Part shown: positions 28,034 through 37,547 of the stretch, one piece after another | How the letters are laid out: each line of letters opens with the position of its first letter | Position numbering within the stretch: the first letter of the stretch is position 1 | IMG/VR virus record: IMGVR_UViG_3300015371_000004 | Span: 32,001 to 96,000 of that record | Length of the DNA stretch: 64,000 nucleotides | Reading direction: 5' to 3' (one strand) | Source: a virus | The notes under the pieces: model-generated | Seen by the model: the letters and a program-made list of their open reading frames with translations, nothing else | The model's database searches: none | What the model was told of the DNA's origin: nothing | Program-made: the position numbers and the translations under genes

Positions 28034-28318
28034 TCACGCCAGCGCCTCGTTCGTGATCCGAATGACGTCGCTGCAGCCCGCAATTTCTTTCTTGATCGCG
28101 GCGTGCAGCTCGGCGACCGCCTTGTCCAGCTGGGCTTCAAGCGCCTTCAGCTCGACGTCGGCCTTGTCCGGCTCAACCCCCAGCGCGCGGATCTCCTGCT
28201 CGGTCTGCTCCAGCCGGGTCTTGGCCAGCGCCAGATTGGCCTCGGCCTTCGCGCGCAGCGTCCGCGCCTGACTCTCCAGCTCCCGCAGCTCGACAACTTT
28301 TTTGTAGGTCTGATCCAT
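28034..28318 (-). CDS. Small coiled-coil protein
   Basis: 94 aa heptad-rich; ATG 9 nt after GGGGTATCAC. Confidence 0.65.
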   Translation of the reverse strand: MDQTYKKVVELRELESQARTLRAKAEANLALAKTRLEQTEQEIRALGVEPDKADVELKALEAQLDKAVAELHAAIKKEIAGCSDVIRITNEALA

Positions 28319-28341
28319 GGCGTCTCAGTGATACCCCAACC

Positions 28342-29100
28342 TCACAGCGACACAGGCCCGCCGCCCGCCGGGACCTCCGGCAACATGGCCTGCTTGTTCC
28401 GGATCGAGACCCGGTAGGCCTCGCACTGCAGCGTGAACGGGCAGTACCGGCAATGGCTCCCGACCTTCGGAGACGTCAGGCCCGCCTTGAAGTCGAGCAT
28501 CGTGCGATCGAGTGAGCGATCGAACGCCACGCGCTGGGCGGGCGTGAACCGGATCCACGTGACCGTGCCCTTGCGGAAGCGCCACTGGCCCAAGTACGAA
28601 GGCTGATACGGCGTTCGCTCCAGCGCCGAGGCGTAGAACCAGAGCTGCTCCCGGTCGCCCTTGCCGGACTTACCATCGAGGAGTCGGTACCGGTTGTCGA
28701 GCCCCTTGACGAGCCAGTCCAGCCGTCCCTCGATCGACACGTCATGGAAGACCCGGCTGACTTGATACTCGACGAGTGCCGGGCCGACCAGCTGCTCCCG
28801 GCGCGCCGTCTCGACAATTTCAGGAATGAGATCGGTGACGACAACCACCTGACTCATGAGGTCGTTGGGCGTCTCCAGCGCGGCTCGCTGGAGCGCTGCG
28901 TACATTTTGGCGGTCGGGTTCGGTGTTTCCCACAGCCGCTCAGTGTAGAACCGCTCCATGATCTTGTGCAGAAGCCGCCCACGCTCGCGGCCCTCGGACT
29001 GCACCTGCGGGATCTGCTCGGTCCGCCCCTCCCGCCGCCACGCCTGCTGCTGCGGGCAGCGCCGGAACGACGCGAACTCCGACCAGCCGACGCGTCTCAT
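28342..29100 (-). CDS. PD-(D/E)XK RecB/Cas4-like exonuclease
   Basis: CPQQ...GRLLHKIME...GRLDWL...LDGKSG...QLWFYA...CRYCPFTLQC. Confidence 0.85.
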   Translation of the reverse strand: MRRVGWSEFASFRRCPQQQAWRREGRTEQIPQVQSEGRERGRLLHKIMERFYTERLWETPNPTAKMYAALQRAALETPNDLMSQVVVVTDLIPEIVETARREQLVGPALVEYQVSRVFHDVSIEGRLDWLVKGLDNRYRLLDGKSGKGDREQLWFYASALERTPYQPSYLGQWRFRKGTVTWIRFTPAQRVAFDRSLDRTMLDFKAGLTSPKVGSHCRYCPFTLQCEAYRVSIRNKQAMLPEVPAGGGPVSL

Positions 29101-29291
29101 TCCACTCCTCGACGCTTCAGCTCCTCGGTGATGATCTGGATCCGGGTCTCGCAGAACTCCACGTTCTCCGCGCGCGGGTCCGCGTCGCGGTCCAGCTTGA
29201 ACGCCTCCCGCAGCTGCACGAGCCGATCATCAGGCCAGATCGGCGACCGGTAGAAGGCGCGCGCGTCGTCGTGGCTGCTCCGTGTTTTCAC
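29097..29291 (-). CDS. Hypothetical protein
   Basis: 64 aa; translationally coupled on both sides. Confidence 0.5.
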   Translation of the reverse strand: MKTRSSHDDARAFYRSPIWPDDRLVQLREAFKLDRDADPRAENVEFCETRIQIITEELKRRGVE

Positions 29292-30295
29292 GCCACCGCC
29301 TCCTCCGCCGCCGTCAGGTACTGCTGGACCCGCGCGCGCACATCGTCTTCCACGTCGAGCGCCGCGACCCGCTCCGAGAGGGACTGCGTCGACACCAGCG
29401 ACAGAAAGTCGTCGGCGATCTGCTGCCCCAGCCCGGCCTCGAACTGCGCGGCTACAGTCTTCTCGTACGCGTAGCGTTTTAGATCAAAAATTTTCTCGGC
29501 CGGTTCGACCTTGAGCTTGACAAGGTGTCCCTTGAACTCAAACGTCAACCCGTCCTCGCCCTGCGGGCCCATATACTCTGTGATACCCGCATAGATCGTT
29601 CGCTGCAGCTCCTCCCCCGCCAACGACCCACGCCCAAGCGCGCCGAAGTTCAGGAAGAGCTTGGACCCCACGCGCTGCGTGGCGACGGCCGAATGATCGT
29701 GGCCGAAGTGGTAGACCTGAAACGGATAGGCCGCCAGCGCTTCATAAGAGAGCACAGTCTGCCCAAAGAACTGCCCGCCGGTCTTCGACGCAAACGCGTG
29801 CGCGAGCACGATGGCAGGCTGGAACGTGCTGACCGTCTTGGCCACCGCCGCCCACTTGGCCGGGTCCTTCGCGTCCGGCCATGGGATCCCTACGATCTGG
29901 ACCGGCATAAGCGCAATGCCCTCTAGCCTGACGTCCGTCGGCACGTGGTAGGGCTGGTAGGACACGTCGATCAGCGCGCCCGTCTCGAAGAGCACCCCGA
30001 GGGGCGTCGTGCTGAGCGAGTCGAGCCGGTTGTAGCGCTCGTCGTGATTGCCGGGAATTGCCAGCACCGGGACGCCCACCGTCTTCAGCCACGCGGCCAG
30101 TCGCGCGACGATCGCGTAGGACGTGTTCACCGAATTGAACAGATCCCCGGCCACCGCGATGACGTTGACCTTCTCCAGCTGCGCAATCTCGGCGACCTGA
30201 TCGAGCTTGCGGAACATCGTGTCCGGCCAGCTGTCGAGTCGGCTCGACGGGGTCAGATGCCAAAGATGCCAGTCGTTCGTGTGGAGACACTTCAT
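29288..30295 (-). CDS. sbcD: SbcD/Mre11 metallophosphoesterase nuclease
   Basis: NDWH, AGDLFN, PGNHD, LAH, FGHDH motifs; adjacent to SbcC. Confidence 0.88.
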   Translation of the reverse strand: MKCLHTNDWHLWHLTPSSRLDSWPDTMFRKLDQVAEIAQLEKVNVIAVAGDLFNSVNTSYAIVARLAAWLKTVGVPVLAIPGNHDERYNRLDSLSTTPLGVLFETGALIDVSYQPYHVPTDVRLEGIALMPVQIVGIPWPDAKDPAKWAAVAKTVSTFQPAIVLAHAFASKTGGQFFGQTVLSYEALAAYPFQVYHFGHDHSAVATQRVGSKLFLNFGALGRGSLAGEELQRTIYAGITEYMGPQGEDGLTFEFKGHLVKLKVEPAEKIFDLKRYAYEKTVAAQFEAGLGQQIADDFLSLVSTQSLSERVAALDVEDDVRARVQQYLTAAEEAVA

Positions 30296-31494
30296 CCGAG
30301 GAGCGCCTCCAAGTCTTCGTCGATCTGGCCCTGCCCCAACGGGACCCGCTGGCCACAGACCGGGCAGATTTTCAGGTCATGCAGGGCAGTCGCCACCGCT
30401 CCCTCCGCCTGCTCAACGTCCTGACTCGACGCCCCGAAGGCCGCCTCTGCCATGCGCAGCGAGGCCAGCGCGTTCGCGAGCTGGTTCACCAGCGCGCGCA
30501 AGGCCGTCGCCGTGTCCATCGCTTTCGAGTACCCGAGCTGTGGACTTTCCGGAGGCGGGTGAAGGCCTTTGACCACCCAGAGCTTGCGGAGGCGCGCCGC
30601 CAGATCGGCCACGCGCCAGTGACGCTCTTGCAGGACTTCGATGCCCGACGGCTCCCGGGCCGGAGGCAGCTCGACCATGACCCCCTTCTGGAGAGCTGCA
30701 CGCTTGGGGATCAGGTTGGCCAGACGCTGGCCGATGTTCGCCTGCGCTTCAATCGGCCCAAGGTCGACGGCTGTGGGGAGGTCGGCAGCCACCGCGGCCT
30801 GCAGCATCCGGCGCCGTGCCAGCGCCGCAGTCAGGCGGGAGACCCGGTCACGCAGGGCATCAACCCGCACACTCTCCAGCTTCAACCGCTCGACCGCCTC
30901 CACGAGCTTCGCGACCGGCGGCTCGATCGTCTCCACAATCGCCTGTGCCTTGGTCAGGTCTGCCCGCCTCAGCCCCAGCAGCTGGCGCGCCGACCTAAGA
31001 TCCTTGGCGCACGCCGCGCTCGCCCGAAGCAGAATGTCCAGCCGGGACGCCCGCGTGAGGATCTCGCTGACCGTGCTCCCCGGCAGCTGCAGCATGAAGA
31101 TCGGATCCAGCTGGCCCCCGACCTGCGGGCGGATCGACTCCTTGTCATCGAGCTTCAGATCCCGGTAGCCCGCGTCGACCAGTGGCTGTGGCGCGTAGCG
31201 GTTCACGTTGGTGAAGGGCTCACCGTTCACCGAGAACTCGTTCACGCTCTTGCCCTTCTCCCAGACCACATGAAGCGGCGGCCCGTCCTTGGCCGGAACG
31301 TCCGTCAGCTCGACGCGCGTCTTTGACTCGCCCTTGCGGACGAAGCCTGCGCCCGGCCGATTGAAGAGGGCCCCGGTCACCGCCCGGATCAGCGCGCTCT
31401 TGCCGAGGTTCGAGCGGCCGACGATCACCGTCAGCCCCTCAGCTTCCACCTCGGCTGATTCGAGCGACTGGAAATTTTTAACGGAGATTTTCAT
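30292..31494 (-). CDS. sbcC: SbcC/Rad50 N-terminal half (Walker A, coiled coil, Zn-hook)
   Basis: VKNFQS, GRSNLGKSALIRA, ends at ICPVCGQ; no Walker B. Confidence 0.85.
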   Translation of the reverse strand: MKISVKNFQSLESAEVEAEGLTVIVGRSNLGKSALIRAVTGALFNRPGAGFVRKGESKTRVELTDVPAKDGPPLHVVWEKGKSVNEFSVNGEPFTNVNRYAPQPLVDAGYRDLKLDDKESIRPQVGGQLDPIFMLQLPGSTVSEILTRASRLDILLRASAACAKDLRSARQLLGLRRADLTKAQAIVETIEPPVAKLVEAVERLKLESVRVDALRDRVSRLTAALARRRMLQAAVAADLPTAVDLGPIEAQANIGQRLANLIPKRAALQKGVMVELPPAREPSGIEVLQERHWRVADLAARLRKLWVVKGLHPPPESPQLGYSKAMDTATALRALVNQLANALASLRMAEAAFGASSQDVEQAEGAVATALHDLKICPVCGQRVPLGQGQIDEDLEALLG

Positions 31495-31721
31495 GTGGCC
31501 ACGCCACGCGGGTCCGTGTAGATCAGCTCGACCTTCTCGACATGTGAGTACTTGATCTCATGGTGGTCTGCGGCTGCCAAGCCCAGCTCACGCACCTGCG
31601 AGACGGAGTCATCGAGGGCAAATTCCTTCTGATAGACGAAGGAGACCACGTGCTGCCACCGAACCCCCAACGGCGACACCTCGACTCGTGCGCCGTAGAT
31701 CGTTACGCGCCACTGAGCCAT
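31491..31721 (-). CDS. Hypothetical protein
   Basis: MAQWRVTIYG...; overlaps the end of recA. Confidence 0.5.
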   Translation of the reverse strand: MAQWRVTIYGARVEVSPLGVRWQHVVSFVYQKEFALDDSVSQVRELGLAAADHHEIKYSHVEKVELIYTDPRGVAT

Positions 31722-32758
31722 TTGAGGATCCCCGCGTCGATGAGCTTCTGCTTGATCGCCTGCATGAAGGGCGGCGTGTTTAGCGCATGGTCGTAGAGCG
31801 CCGAGTCGCCCTGCCACTTCCCGCTCTGCCCGCCCCCGTCGTCGAAGACGAACCACGCGGCCTTCTGCTCAATGACCCCGGCCGCCTTGGCCGCATCGAG
31901 CAGCGTCTGGATGTTGTCGATCCCGTACACCTGCCGCTCTTCATCGAAGCGGATCGTGAACTCCACCTTACGGAAGGCAGGCATCACCTTGGACTTGGCG
32001 ATCTCGGCTTCGTGAATGCTGGCCACCGGGACTTCGCGCTCCTTGCCGAGAAAGTCGACGGTCTTGCGCGTCTTCGAGGACTTCTTGATCTGGCGGACCC
32101 GAATCCGCATCGAGGCGTAGTACTTCAGGGCGTTGCCGCCGGACGTCTCTTCGCTGTCCTTCCCAAACCCGCCGAAGCCCGTCGCGCGCAGCTGATTGAT
32201 GAAGACCACGGCAGCCTTGTTCCGTTTGATCTCGTGGAGGAGACGCGGCAGCTCCTTCGAGAGGACCCGCGCGCGCGAGGCCAGCGCGGTGTCTTCCCCA
32301 ACCTGCCCTTCCAGCTCCTTCTCAGGCACCATCGCGGCCACCGAATCGACCACCACCAGATCCACGCCCGCCTTGACCATCCGGTCGACGATTTGGAGGG
32401 TATCCTCAGCCGTCCGCGGCGCCGCAAAGAGCCCCTTACCCTGATCCTTGTAGTCGAACCCAAGGCTGGCGGCGTACCGAAGGTCCAAGGCGTTTTCCAC
32501 GTCCAAGTAGACCGGGTAGAGCCCGTGGATCTGCGCCGACGCGCAGGCCGTACACGCGAGCGTCGACTTACCGCCGCTGAACGGTCCGGCGACTTCGCAG
32601 ATCCGGCTACGCGGGAAGCCGCCGATCCCCGTGATGACATCGATCGCGTACGAGCCCGAGGAGACCGCTTCGGTGTGCTCGTCGATCTCCAGCGCCTCTG
32701 GGTGGTGGCGGGTGATGTGCTTGACGGCCTCGTCGAGGTTCTTGCGATTGACAGGCAT
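31703..32758 (-). CDS. recA: RecA recombinase
   Basis: GIGGFPRSRICEVAGPFSGGKST, VVDSVAAMVP, FINQLR, SGGNALKYYASMR. Confidence 0.95.
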   Translation of the reverse strand: MPVNRKNLDEAVKHITRHHPEALEIDEHTEAVSSGSYAIDVITGIGGFPRSRICEVAGPFSGGKSTLACTACASAQIHGLYPVYLDVENALDLRYAASLGFDYKDQGKGLFAAPRTAEDTLQIVDRMVKAGVDLVVVDSVAAMVPEKELEGQVGEDTALASRARVLSKELPRLLHEIKRNKAAVVFINQLRATGFGGFGKDSEETSGGNALKYYASMRIRVRQIKKSSKTRKTVDFLGKEREVPVASIHEAEIAKSKVMPAFRKVEFTIRFDEERQVYGIDNIQTLLDAAKAAGVIEQKAAWFVFDDGGGQSGKWQGDSALYDHALNTPPFMQAIKQKLIDAGILKWLSGA

Positions 32759-33253
32759 CTACCCCCTGCATCTGCGAACGAGGCCCATGAAGGTCTGGGC
32801 GTCCACCACGGCGTATAGCCGCGATCCCGCGCGTCTGAAAAACAGCACCGCCGTCGGTTGATCCTTCGTCACGGCAGCTTCCGCCTGCTTGAGCGCCTGC
32901 CAGATATTGAGCTGCTCTTGATTCTTGACTTCGGTCGCAAACGGAAACTGGGCGCTCGCGAACGGAGAGAAATGCAGGTCGACGCCCATCTGCGCGCCCG
33001 CTTTCACCCAGACGTCGCCGTCCTGCAGCCCCAGCTTGTCCCGGATGAGGGCCGCCACTTCCAGCACGGCCGCCCGGCCCTTCTGCTTCGAGCTTTGGCC
33101 CCCGCCCTTCGCGCGCCCGACGCTGCGGGACTTCAGCACGGCTTCCGCTCGCCGCGCGTACACCTTCCAGCACTCGTTGCAGTCCCGCCGCTTTCCGGAC
33201 GGCAAGTTCGGAAAGCGCGGCAGACGGCCGTGCTCGTCACAGACCGGCTGCAC
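32759..33253 (-). CDS. Holliday junction resolvase-like PD-(D/E)XK nuclease
   Basis: KQKGR...GVDL...EVKNQEQLNIWQALKQAE...VLFFRR. Confidence 0.75.
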   Translation of the reverse strand: MQPVCDEHGRLPRFPNLPSGKRRDCNECWKVYARRAEAVLKSRSVGRAKGGGQSSKQKGRAAVLEVAALIRDKLGLQDGDVWVKAGAQMGVDLHFSPFASAQFPFATEVKNQEQLNIWQALKQAEAAVTKDQPTAVLFFRRAGSRLYAVVDAQTFMGLVRRCRG

Positions 33254-33256
33254 GCC

Positions 33257-34075
33257 TTAGCCGAGCAAGTCGTCGAGCGAGGCTCCCGGGAGCGGACCGG
33301 AGGCGGCGACTGCCGCGCCGGTAGGGGCCTCCCCAATCAGCTTGCGGATCTCGTCGTCAGGCACGTCACGCCCGATGGCTCGCCGCAGTTCGCTGTGCAC
33401 TGCGTCGAGCCAGTTCTTGAGCGCGACCCCGTACTCGGCCTGAAACTTCGCGTGCGCGACCATGGCCTCCGCACACGGGACGATCGTCATGTTCTGGTAC
33501 TGCTCCTCAGTGCAGGTCACCTTGACGTCGTGGGTGGCCAGATCGTGCTCCTTGTGAACCTCCTGCAGCGTCTGGAAAATCTTCGCGCCGAAGACCCAGA
33601 TTTTCAGCTCGAACGAGAACGGCTTCCGGAAGGCCCCCTTCGGGTCGGTCGCGTAGACGACCACCGGCGAGGCGAACTTCTTGCTCGACTCGCCGAGCAT
33701 CTCGCAGCAGCCTTCCTTCTTCGTCATGACCTCGTTGTAGAGCGTCTTGCCGTCCGGCCCCTGCGTGGTCGTGCGCCGGAAGGACGAGCGACAGATCACC
33801 GGGCCCTTGGTCGCGTCATGGAAGTGACGCCGGGCCGCCTGAATCCGCTTGAGGTCCAAGACCGCCAGCCGGTCCGTGATGTTCTTGCGGCCTTTGTAGA
33901 AGTCGACTTGTGTCCGCGCCGCCGCGGCCTCATCGCCGATCTCAACCGTCTCGTACTGCGGCAGATCCCGGAACGATTGCCCAATCGCGTTGGGCTGCTG
34001 CGCCGTGGCCGGGGGTTGCGGAGCGGTCTGAGGCAGCGCCGCGTCGAGCGGATCCGCCACTGTGGGGGTATCCAT
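33257..34075 (-). CDS. Single-stranded DNA-binding protein (gp32-like)
   Basis: HF...ICR...CC, KIWVFG, HDVKV; acidic LDDLLG tail; next to recA. Confidence 0.65.
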   Translation of the reverse strand: MDTPTVADPLDAALPQTAPQPPATAQQPNAIGQSFRDLPQYETVEIGDEAAAARTQVDFYKGRKNITDRLAVLDLKRIQAARRHFHDATKGPVICRSSFRRTTTQGPDGKTLYNEVMTKKEGCCEMLGESSKKFASPVVVYATDPKGAFRKPFSFELKIWVFGAKIFQTLQEVHKEHDLATHDVKVTCTEEQYQNMTIVPCAEAMVAHAKFQAEYGVALKNWLDAVHSELRRAIGRDVPDDEIRKLIGEAPTGAAVAASGPLPGASLDDLLG

Positions 34076-34125
34076 AGGGGAATTCTCCAGAAAATTTTGT
34101 GGGCCGAAGTTGGCCGTCGTGGCAG

Positions 34126-34542
34126 TTATACCCCGCGGCCCGGGTATTCTTTCGGCGGCCCAATGACCCCCGCCAGCCCGTCCTCGTAGTCCGTCTTGGG
34201 CTTGTAATTGTAGTCGTTGGCGTAGCCCATCACCCGCTTGAGAGCCGTCCCCATGACGTAGCTCACCCGCAGCCGCTCCCGCTTGACCTCGAAGAGTGCG
34301 CCGGTCGTCGGGTCCCGCCGCCGGGTCGCCGACAGCCGCTTGGTCCGGAGCGCGCCGAGGCCCGCCGGGAACTGGTACTTGCCCAGCTCGAACAACGACT
34401 TGAAGAGGCTCCGGATGACCACCATGTACAGTTCCTTCATCAGGTCCCGGCTCACGTGGTGCTGGTGCTTCTTGAGGTATTCCCGCGTGAGGGTCGCCAT
34501 CTCGGCAAAGGCCTCTTCCTTGTAGTCCTTCTGATTCTTCAT
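34126..34542 (-). CDS. HU/IHF-like DNA-binding protein
   Basis: FPAGLGAL...RRRDPTTGALFEV...VSYVMGTALK matches the HU/IHF arm pattern. Confidence 0.7.
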   Translation of the reverse strand: MKNQKDYKEEAFAEMATLTREYLKKHQHHVSRDLMKELYMVVIRSLFKSLFELGKYQFPAGLGALRTKRLSATRRRDPTTGALFEVKRERLRVSYVMGTALKRVMGYANDYNYKPKTDYEDGLAGVIGPPKEYPGRGV

Positions 34543-34546
34543 CGGC

Positions 34547-35092
34547 TCACTCCAGTATGTCTTCGAGACGCTCGTCGGCCGCCTCACGTTCCACCGGCTC
34601 GCGGGCATAGAAGGCGCGCACACCCGCCTGCGCCTGATCGACGTCCGGGTCGGTCGTCGCACGAATCGTTTCGGCCTCGGTCACGGGCGGCGGCCGGTAC
34701 CCGGGGGCCTGCATCCCCACCTTCAGGCACTCCAAGAGCAGACGCACATCCGAGGAGACCCGTGCCAGCTCCCGGCGCCGGACATGCGCGCTCTCCAACA
34801 GGAACTTCAGGCGCTCGTGCTCCGTCCGGATCACGTCGAGCTTCTCCCGCTCGCCTGCCTTGGACGACGACGGCGAGATCCGGACCACGGCCTCCTGCGC
34901 GATGCGTGAGGGCAGCACCTCGCTGATGGCCCGATTGACCGCCACGACCACCTCGGCGACCTCGGCCTGCTTCCCGCGGGCCTCGATCAGCTTCTCCTGC
35001 AGGTAGACCGGGCCGTACGTTGGGTCGTGCGCGATCGGCACGACCATCCGGTCGAGCGTCCGGTACAGCGCCTTAATGTCGTCGTCAGTCAT
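34547..35092 (-). CDS. Hypothetical coiled-coil protein
   Basis: 181-aa ORF within the operon. Confidence 0.55.
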   Translation of the reverse strand: MTDDDIKALYRTLDRMVVPIAHDPTYGPVYLQEKLIEARGKQAEVAEVVVAVNRAISEVLPSRIAQEAVVRISPSSSKAGEREKLDVIRTEHERLKFLLESAHVRRRELARVSSDVRLLLECLKVGMQAPGYRPPPVTEAETIRATTDPDVDQAQAGVRAFYAREPVEREAADERLEDILE

Positions 35093-35769
35093 AATCGACA
35101 GCTCTCATACGCCTCGGCCGCATTCGATCGTAGATGTTCTACCACGCGGGCAAGGAGCGCCGGGATCGACTGCCGGGCACTCGGCTTGTGCAAGAGGTAC
35201 GACGGGTGCACCAGCGGGATCACCTGCAGGACGCGCGACGGAGCGTCATCGAGACGCACGCGCATCGGGGCAAAGCTCATCTTCCCCATGCTCGGCGAAT
35301 GCACCCCCAAGACAAACCGTGACGCCTCCTCGCCCAAGGTCAGGAGCACCTCCACGTGCTCGAACGTCTTCAGCTCCTCGCGCAGCCACTTCGTCCCGCA
35401 CACCTGCACTTCCTTTTTGGTGGGCTTCCGATCGTCGTGCGTGTGGCACTTCACGAGATTCATCACCAGAATTTTCTGCCGGTCGATCGCCATAGCCTGC
35501 AACCAGTCGTTCAAGACATCGCCCGCCCGGCCAACGAAGGGGCTTCCGTACTGGTCTTCCTCGCGCCCCGGGTTCCGCCCCAGCACGCCGATCCGCGCCA
35601 AGAGGGGGCCATCGCCGGGCACGACCCGCGTGGCCTCCAGCCGCGCCGAGCAGGCCGTGCAGGCCAGCAGATCCGCGTACCACGGCACGTCGCTGTACCA
35701 CTGGACACCTGACGGCCGCGGCTCAGGTTCCCCGCCGAGGATCGCGTCGAGGTCGACCGCGTCACTCAC
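35089..35769 (-). CDS. Uracil-DNA glycosylase family 4 (Fe-S)
   Basis: CTAC...VVPGDG...GRNPGREEDQYGSPFVGRAG, NLVKC, HPSYLL. Confidence 0.88.
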   Translation of the reverse strand: MSDAVDLDAILGGEPEPRPSGVQWYSDVPWYADLLACTACSARLEATRVVPGDGPLLARIGVLGRNPGREEDQYGSPFVGRAGDVLNDWLQAMAIDRQKILVMNLVKCHTHDDRKPTKKEVQVCGTKWLREELKTFEHVEVLLTLGEEASRFVLGVHSPSMGKMSFAPMRVRLDDAPSRVLQVIPLVHPSYLLHKPSARQSIPALLARVVEHLRSNAAEAYESCRL

Positions 35770-37031
35770 GAGAGCAGCTGCTGGGCTTCCGGCCACAGCT
35801 CCACCTGACTCTCGGGCAGCGGCTGCACCGAGCCCCACGTCGACCCGGCGCTGACCGACCAGTGCATGGCCGCCCGCTCGCGCCAGCGCGCCACTGTCGG
35901 CGTCGTCACCAGCGTGGCGTGCAGCTCCCGTAGAAACCCCCGGACATCAGCGTCGACCGGCAGCTCGGCCGCGACGGCGTGCCGGGTCAGGATCATCCGG
36001 GCCCGCCACTGCTGGTCGAGCGCGCGCGCCAGCCACGCCAAGAGTTCGCCGGTCTCCTCGTAGACCCGCTGCTCCTGCGCTGGATACGCCGACAGCACGC
36101 CTTCATAGACCGAGGCCGACGGCAACCCCTGCGCCACTGCATACTCGTCCGGCGTGCTCCACGTGATCGGGTCCTCGTGAGCCGCCATGGCCGTCCGGAC
36201 AAACGGCGTCGACAGGGAAAACTGGGCCCAAAATTTTCCGGACTCGGATGGCACCGCGACTCGAAGTTCGGTCGGCAGCGTATTGAGCGCCGGGCCAGCC
36301 GCCGCAAAGGTCCAGTGCCGGTGGAACCGCCACACCGGGTTCAGGTAGACGTAGATGCCATCCCGTTCCGACGAGGCCACGCTGGCTGCCAATCCCCCCG
36401 CGCGCTGCGCGCAGAGGTCAGCCCGGCGCCACTCCTCGTACGTCCTGAGCCAGACGGGATCTTGGCTCACGGTCTTCCACAGCTTCGACCGGCGCACCGC
36501 GCGCACCGCCACCGTCCCGAGCGCAGGCTTCAGGGCAGGCGTGAGCCGATTGACGATCGCGACCTGCTCATCGACGACAGCCTTGTACTTGGCCTCATCG
36601 AACACGACACCGTGCCGATTGAGCGCCACCAGTACGGGCGCCACCACCGCATTTTCCACCGGGCGCGCCAAGGGCTGATCAACGAACATGGCTCGCTCGA
36701 CCGCCGACTCCAGCGACGTCACATGCCAGTCCGCATCGACTCTCGCGAACACCTGCTCGACGCTCAGGTCCTGCAGGTGGTCCCACGCGATCGACTGACG
36801 AATCCCCGGCTGCAACGTCCGCAGGACGTCGACCACGTCCCATGTCGACACGAGACCCCGATGCTCTGTGAGCACCGTCGCGCAGGCCATCCAGTCAGCC
36901 GACGTCCATTCCCGTGTGTCGCCGCCGTAGGCCTCGCCATCCCGGACTGCGACCAGATAGCCCGCCCCAGCAGCCAGACCCAGTCGGCCACCGATGCCCG
37001 TCAGCGCTTTCAGATCGTGGAAGGTCTTCAC
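35766..37031 (-). CDS. Degenerate family-A DNA polymerase-like protein
   Basis: LNRHGVVFD and GPALNTLPTELRVAV resemble PolA G(v)xvD and PNLQNIP..iR; motif A Asp not recognisable. Confidence 0.45.
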   Translation of the reverse strand: MKTFHDLKALTGIGGRLGLAAGAGYLVAVRDGEAYGGDTREWTSADWMACATVLTEHRGLVSTWDVVDVLRTLQPGIRQSIAWDHLQDLSVEQVFARVDADWHVTSLESAVERAMFVDQPLARPVENAVVAPVLVALNRHGVVFDEAKYKAVVDEQVAIVNRLTPALKPALGTVAVRAVRRSKLWKTVSQDPVWLRTYEEWRRADLCAQRAGGLAASVASSERDGIYVYLNPVWRFHRHWTFAAAGPALNTLPTELRVAVPSESGKFWAQFSLSTPFVRTAMAAHEDPITWSTPDEYAVAQGLPSASVYEGVLSAYPAQEQRVYEETGELLAWLARALDQQWRARMILTRHAVAAELPVDADVRGFLRELHATLVTTPTVARWRERAAMHWSVSAGSTWGSVQPLPESQVELWPEAQQLLS

Positions 37032-37528
37032 GCGAGCACCGGCTGAAGCGCGCCGAGCAGCGCCGCATGGTCCTTCTTCGTGATCCGGCCCGTCCGATCC
37101 ACCCGCTCAATCACCGGGAGTAGCTCCGGCTTCGCCAGCAGGAACTCCCGCAGCTCACGGATGTAAAGGTCGTCGGCCTGCGTGGCGGCCTTCGCCGTCC
37201 GCGCGTCGAGCCGGTACTTGTTCTGCCACGGCCCGCCGCTGTCCACGCGGCTGTAGGCCCGATCGAGCTGGAGAGGATGCAACCGGCGGGAAGCAGCGCG
37301 ATGTTTGTTCCGCGCGACACTTTGACACACGAGGTAGAGGTAGGACGTGAAGGCCGAGCGGTCCTTGGTGTAGCGGTCGAGCAGCCCGTACTTGTGCACG
37401 CGCAGGTAGACGTCCTGCACCATGTCATCAAGGTCCTCCTGCCCGATCGACGTCACCGTCTTGAGGAAAGCCCGTATCTTGCCGTCGTAGCGCTCTACCA
37501 GTGCCTCTAGGGTCCGCGGTGCGTCCAT
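37028..37528 (-). CDS. ECF-type sigma factor region-2-only protein
   Basis: LVERYDGKI...EDLDDMVQDVYLRV...SAFTSYLYLVCQSVARNKHR; no region-4 HTH seen. Confidence 0.8.
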   Translation of the reverse strand: MDAPRTLEALVERYDGKIRAFLKTVTSIGQEDLDDMVQDVYLRVHKYGLLDRYTKDRSAFTSYLYLVCQSVARNKHRAASRRLHPLQLDRAYSRVDSGGPWQNKYRLDARTAKAATQADDLYIRELREFLLAKPELLPVIERVDRTGRITKKDHAALLGALQPVLA

Positions 37529-37547
37529 AAGCGTCGCTCCTAACTGT

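Noticed and set aside
28342-29100. Cas4 as part of a CRISPR-Cas system
   Set aside because: No array or other cas genes; it sits in a recombination operon as a stand-alone phage exonuclease.
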